From Proteiniphilum sp. (GTDB lineage Bacteria > Bacteroidota > Bacteroidia > Bacteroidales > Dysgonomonadaceae), in NCBI GenBank assembly GCA_015478855.1, contig JADMKJ010000134.1, positions 11,729 through 75,728 on the forward strand: a stretch of DNA of 64,000 nucleotides, given 5' to 3'. The position numbers were made by a program, and so were the translations under genes. Shown piece by piece: positions 59,986-64,000 of this stretch (positions are counted from its first letter, which is position 1; every line of letters starts with the position of its first letter). The notes under the pieces were generated by a model. It did not search any database. It worked only from the letters and a program-made list of their open reading frames with translations, and was not told the origin of the DNA.

Positions 59986-60044
59986 TATTTTGTAATTATA
60001 CGTTGTTTTTATCTTGAATGTTCCACGTGAAACATTTGTAATTC

Positions 60045-61919
60045 TTATCGTCCCATCAGCACCAGAAGGACGGAGATATCATTGGGTGAAACGCCCGGTA
60101 TCCTGCCTGCCTGGGCGATGGTTTCAGGGTTTATTTTCGTCAGTTTTTGCCTTGCTTCCGTCGATAGTGACTGTATATTGTTGTAGTTGAATTTGTCTTT
60201 GATGCGGATCTCCTCCAGGCGGGTTATTTTATCTGCCATCATCCGTTCCCGTTTGATGTAACCGCTGTACTTGATTTTAATATCGGCCGACTCAATGATC
60301 TCTTCCCTGCGTTCACCGATGGTCTCCAGCAGCTCTTTGAGTGGTGCCACATCCTGTGCCATCAGCTCCAGGTCGATATGCGGACGTGTGAGCAGCTCGA
60401 GCAGTTTCATCCCCTGCTTTAGTGGGGAGGTGCCGATGCGCTCAAGGAAAGGGTTGATGCGGTCGGCCTTGATGGAGAAATTACGCACAAAGTCGATGAT
60501 CTCCTCCACCTTTTCCTCTTTTTTTGTGAGCAGCTCCACTCTCTCATTGGATGCCAGTCCCAGCTGACTGGCCTTCTTTGTCAGTCTCTCATCCGCATTA
60601 TCCTGACGGAGCAGGATGCGGTACTCCGCGCGGGAGGTGAACATCCTGTAGGGTTCATCCACCCCCTTGGTGATCAGGTCGTCGATCAGTACACCGATAT
60701 AGGCTTCATCTCTGAGCAGCACGAAAGGATCACCTCCGTGACAGTTGATATGGGCGTTGATACCTGCAATGATACCCTGTCCTGCCGCCTCCTCATAGCC
60801 TGTAGTGCCGTTGATCTGCCCGGCAAAAAAGAGGTTCTTCACTGTTTTTGTCTCGAGTGTAGCATGCAGCTGTGTAGGATCAAAAAAATCATACTCAATG
60901 GCATATCCGGGACGGAAGATATGTACATCCCTGAATGCAGGTATGCTTTGTAGTGCTTTCAGTTGTGTCTGCAGTGGCAGGGAGGAGGAGAAGCCGTTGA
61001 GGTAGTATTCATTCGTTGTTTCACCTTCCGGTTCGAGAAAAAGCTGGTGGCTTGTCTTCCCGGAGAAGGTGACGATTTTTGTCTCAATGCTCGGGCAGTA
61101 GCGTGGCCCTATGCTTTGTATCTGTCCGTTGTAGAGCGGTGAATCGTTGAGCCCTTCACGCAGTGCTTCATGCACTTTTTCCGAGGTGAAAGCGATCCAG
61201 CAGCTTCGTTCTTTCAGCGTTCGCCGTACATGGGGGAGGTAGGAGAACTGATGGAAATCGGTATCTCCCTTCTGCTCTTCAAGCAGAGAGAAATCAACGC
61301 TCCTTGCATCGATGCGTACCGGTGTTCCTGTCTTCATGCGGTCGGTCCTGAACCCAAGGTCGCGCAGTTGCTCGGTCATGCCGAAGGATGCCGGTTCAGC
61401 GATACGACCGCCGCCTATCTGCACCGTGCCAATATGTATCAGCCCGTTCAGGAAGGTGCCGTTTGTGAGGATCACGGCTTTGGTGGTGAACGTCACGCCC
61501 ATGCGTGTTTTCACCCCTGTGACGGTTTTGTTGTCGAAAAGCAGCTCCGTGACGGTGTCCTGCCACATATCCAGGTTGGGTGTATTTTCGATGATCTCAC
61601 GCCATGTGCAGCTGAACTTCATACGGTCGCTCTGTACACGCGGGCTCCACATAGCAGGCCCTTTCGATCGGTTCAACATGCGGAACTGTATCGCTGTCTT
61701 GTCGCTCACGATACCTATCTGCCCCCCCAAAGCATCGATCTCACGTACGATCTGCCCCTTGGCAATACCGCCCACGGCAGGATTGCAGCTCATCTGGGCA
61801 ATCTTGTTCATGTCCATGGTGATGAGCAGCGTCCTGGAACCCAGGTTCGCTGCTGCTACAGCTGCTTCGCACCCGGCATGCCCCGCACCTACCACAATTA
61901 TGTCGTATTTAAAATTCAT
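60045..61919 (-). CDS. mnmG: tRNA uridine 5-carboxymethylaminomethyl modification enzyme MnmG (GidA)
   Basis: YDIIVVGAGHAGCEAA FAD motif, GPRYCPSIE, and a C-terminal helical domain. The start MNFKYDIIVVG is preferred. Confidence 0.96.
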   Translation of the reverse strand: MNFKYDIIVVGAGHAGCEAAVAAANLGSRTLLITMDMNKIAQMSCNPAVGGIAKGQIVREIDALGGQIGIVSDKTAIQFRMLNRSKGPAMWSPRVQSDRMKFSCTWREIIENTPNLDMWQDTVTELLFDNKTVTGVKTRMGVTFTTKAVILTNGTFLNGLIHIGTVQIGGGRIAEPASFGMTEQLRDLGFRTDRMKTGTPVRIDARSVDFSLLEEQKGDTDFHQFSYLPHVRRTLKERSCWIAFTSEKVHEALREGLNDSPLYNGQIQSIGPRYCPSIETKIVTFSGKTSHQLFLEPEGETTNEYYLNGFSSSLPLQTQLKALQSIPAFRDVHIFRPGYAIEYDFFDPTQLHATLETKTVKNLFFAGQINGTTGYEEAAGQGIIAGINAHINCHGGDPFVLLRDEAYIGVLIDDLITKGVDEPYRMFTSRAEYRILLRQDNADERLTKKASQLGLASNERVELLTKKEEKVEEIIDFVRNFSIKADRINPFLERIGTSPLKQGMKLLELLTRPHIDLELMAQDVAPLKELLETIGERREEIIESADIKIKYSGYIKRERMMADKITRLEEIRIKDKFNYNNIQSLSTEARQKLTKINPETIAQAGRIPGVSPNDISVLLVLMGR

Positions 61920-62009
61920 TTTGCTTTTTTGAGGATGCAAAGATACTAAAAAAGAAAAAGTTACCTGCGTATGAACTGTTAATAACCGATAAGAGGCTAC
62001 AGGAGGGAA

Positions 62010-62960
62010 TTATTTCAGATAAATACGCAGATAAACAGGCAGGTGGTCGCTGTAACCTCCGGTGTAACTACCCCTGTAGGTCCGATTGATATTCACCCGG
62101 TTTTTCCGGTCGAAATGGAGCAGATAGCGTGCATTGAATACATCTGCATATTCAGGCTTGCAGTCTATTTTCTCTGACAATAACATATTTCCGGAAACGA
62201 TAATCTGATCGAACAACAACCAACCCCTGTAGTATGTGCTGCCGATACCTTTCCTGTACCTTGGGTAGAGCAGGTTATAAAGCCTCAGATTTTTAATCTC
62301 TTCAAAACTTTTCTGTGCACCCAGCACCTCGTCCACGCTGTTATCGTCGGGGGTGTCGTTGAAGTCACCCATGATAATGATGTTCTCATCGGGGTTCTCA
62401 CTCGTCACCTTGTATACCGCGTTCCTCAGCTCGCTGGCTACGAAAAAGCGTCTGCGCTCAGAGAGGTCTGTACCCTCCTTGCGGGATGGGAAATGGGTGA
62501 TGAACAGATGCAGTATCTCACCTGTGATCGTCTCTCCCTTCACATGAAGAATGTCACGTGTGCGATCCTCAATACCGGGCAGATGAACAAGTACCGGGTT
62601 CGATTGCAACACTCTGAACGATTGTGTATTATATATCATCGCCACATCAGATCCCCGCTCATCGGGGCTGTCATAATGGACAAAGCTATATTGCTTCATT
62701 CCCTGCATCTGCATGCCGGCAAGGATACTCTCCATCACCGATTTGTTTTCAATCTCAGCCAGGCCGATGATATCCGGATAAGCGGGCTTTACGATCTCTT
62801 TGACTACTTTTGTTAACTTCTCCACCTTATCGTTGAACCGCTTTTCGGTCCATTTGTTATACCCTTCGGGAGTGAAGTCATCGTCCATGGTAAGGGGATC
62901 ATCAATAATGTCGTAAAAATTTTCGGTGTTGTAAAACATGAACGAGAAAGGAATCGGCAT
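62010..62960 (-). CDS. Endonuclease/exonuclease/phosphatase (EEP) family protein
   Basis: FYNTENF (N-terminal Asn/Glu), IMGDFND, and the C-terminal GGYSDHLPVY catalytic His motif. Confidence 0.75.
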   Translation of the reverse strand: MPIPFSFMFYNTENFYDIIDDPLTMDDDFTPEGYNKWTEKRFNDKVEKLTKVVKEIVKPAYPDIIGLAEIENKSVMESILAGMQMQGMKQYSFVHYDSPDERGSDVAMIYNTQSFRVLQSNPVLVHLPGIEDRTRDILHVKGETITGEILHLFITHFPSRKEGTDLSERRRFFVASELRNAVYKVTSENPDENIIIMGDFNDTPDDNSVDEVLGAQKSFEEIKNLRLYNLLYPRYRKGIGSTYYRGWLLFDQIIVSGNMLLSEKIDCKPEYADVFNARYLLHFDRKNRVNINRTYRGSYTGGYSDHLPVYLRIYLK

Positions 62961-63026
62961 AATAATATTCTATAAAGTTTACAAATGTGAATAGTTGAGC
63001 AGGTTTTTGGGTTAAATTGTAAATAG

Positions 63027-63452
63027 TTACTGCCTGTTTTTCAGGAGGGTGAGGGCGATGTTCTCAGCTTCTCTCATCTCGGTCTCCTCCTCTTCCGACT
63101 TATCGTTCACCCCACAGAGGTGGAGTATACCGTGAATAATTACACGGTGAAGCTCTTCCATAAATTCGGTCTGATACTTTTGTGAATTGGAGCGAACGGT
63201 ATCGATACTGATAAAAATATCCCCTGAGATGGTATCCTCTTCCGAATAGTCGAAAGTGATGATATCGGTATAAAAATCATGCTGCAGATAAGTGCGGTTG
63301 ATCTCTAATATTTTCTCATCATCACAAAAAAGGTAAGCAATCGCACCCACCTTCCTGTTATAATTTTTTGCTACGGTTTTGATCCAGTTTGCTGTCTCTC
63401 TTTTTTTTATTTTTGGGAGACCGATCCCCTCCGCATGAAATGTAATCGCCAT
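63027..63452 (-). CDS. ybeY: rRNA maturation endoribonuclease YbeY
   Basis: Zinc motif HGILHLCGVND. 141 aa from MAITFHAEGI. The track ORF begins further upstream inside the neighbouring gene. Confidence 0.9.
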   Translation of the reverse strand: MAITFHAEGIGLPKIKKRETANWIKTVAKNYNRKVGAIAYLFCDDEKILEINRTYLQHDFYTDIITFDYSEEDTISGDIFISIDTVRSNSQKYQTEFMEELHRVIIHGILHLCGVNDKSEEEETEMREAENIALTLLKNRQ

Positions 63453-63489
63453 AATTTTAAAATATTTTAACTCTGAGAATCGCTTTTTC

Positions 63490-64000
63490 CTATCCAAAAA
63501 AGAGATAAGCCACGAAAACGGCCGCAATAATACCTGCCAAATCCGCCAATAGCGCATAGGGAACGGTATAGCGTGAATTTTTAATGTTCACTGCACCATA
63601 ATAAACAGCCACAATATAGAAGGTAGTGTCGGTAGCACCCTGCAAAACGGCAGATAGTCTGCCGGCGAATGAGTCGGCTCCCAATGTCTTCATCGTGTCT
63701 ATCATCATCCCGCGTGCACCGCTGCCGCTTAGTGGTTTCATCAGTGCGGTGGGCATCCCGTCCACCCATTGTGTATCTGTTCCTGTCATCGCCACCAGGC
63801 TGCGCAGCCCCTCCATCAGGAAATCCATCGCACCGGAAGCACGGAAGACACCAATACCCACCAGTATCGCGATGAGGTAGGGGATGATGGTGACGGCTGT
63901 TTTGAATCCATCCTTTGCACCGTCGATAAAGGCTTCGAAGATGTTGATCTTTTTCCGCATCGCCTTCACGATAAAGAGGCAGATGATGGAGAAGAGTATC
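63490..64000 (-). CDS. SpmB-like nucleoside-recognition (spore maturation protein B family) membrane protein, 5' end outside the window
   Basis: FIDGAKDGFKTAVTIIPYLIAILVGIGVFRASGAMDFL...LMKPLSGSGARG...GADSFAGRLSAVLQGATDTTFY matches SpmB. The frame stays open upstream of 63969 to the window end. Confidence 0.75.
   Translation of the reverse strand, partial: ILFSIICLFIVKAMRKKINIFEAFIDGAKDGFKTAVTIIPYLIAILVGIGVFRASGAMDFLMEGLRSLVAMTGTDTQWVDGMPTALMKPLSGSGARGMMIDTMKTLGADSFAGRLSAVLQGATDTTFYIVAVYYGAVNIKNSRYTVPYALLADLAGIIAAVFVAYLFFG

Noticed and set aside
60017-60036. Palindrome AATGTTCCACGTGAAACATT between apt and mnmG as a terminator or regulator site
   Set aside because: The stem is only 6 bp with one unpaired base, and no U-tract follows. 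It is too weak to call, and the CACGTG core alone is expected by chance.
61170-61949. Long plus-strand ORFs (259 aa and 206 aa) antisense to mnmG
   Set aside because: They lie entirely within the strongly supported MnmG frame. Their translations are low-complexity (Arg/Pro/Cys/His-rich) with no motifs, as expected for shadow ORFs opposite a conserved gene.

Overview
This is a Bacteroidota-type chromosomal segment. It has a SusC/SusD pair, many lipobox lipoproteins, TAnnTTTG-type -7 boxes and AT-rich leaders instead of Shine-Dalgarno sites. I support about 50 protein genes. I saw no rRNA, tRNA, CRISPR array, transposase or integrase by eye. Left part (1-19.3 kb): gdhA (runs off the window), glmS, a PiT phosphate transporter and a CDF metal exporter. 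A minus-strand block follows, with a TonB-dependent receptor, an internally duplicated lipoprotein, a DEAD-box helicase and a cysteine-free PTP-like lipoprotein. Next come a 539-bp very AT-rich strand-switch spacer, nadA, ychF and a 73-aa 3-TM protein. Centre (19.46-44.08 kb): the main accessory element is a co-directional polysaccharide utilisation locus (PUL). Its gene order is LacI regulator, FucI isomerase, SusC, SusD, two surface lipoproteins, a beta-propeller GH-like enzyme, three divergent GH172 (DUF2961) paralogs, a propeller/beta-helix fusion, a GH26/metallophosphoesterase fusion, a 695-aa protein and a 416-aa lipoprotein of unknown family, and a FucP-like permease. I read it as a candidate D-arabinofuranoside (D-arabinan-like) or related furanoside utilisation system in which several enzymes are uncharacterised. 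It looks compositionally mosaic, with a low-GC front half, a higher-GC back half and a break near 35.8-35.95 kb. Right part (44.2-64 kb): ordinary housekeeping genes, almost all on the minus strand. They are a thioredoxin-like fragment, a radical SAM protein, DedA/YqaA, polA, a polyprenyl synthase (+), hsp20, a secreted metallophosphoesterase, a GH2 beta-galactosidase, deoC, mazG-like, dtd, uvrC, apt, mnmG, an EEP nuclease/phosphatase, ybeY and an spmB-like gene that runs off the window. All family calls rest on motifs I recognised by reading the translations. No database search was run.
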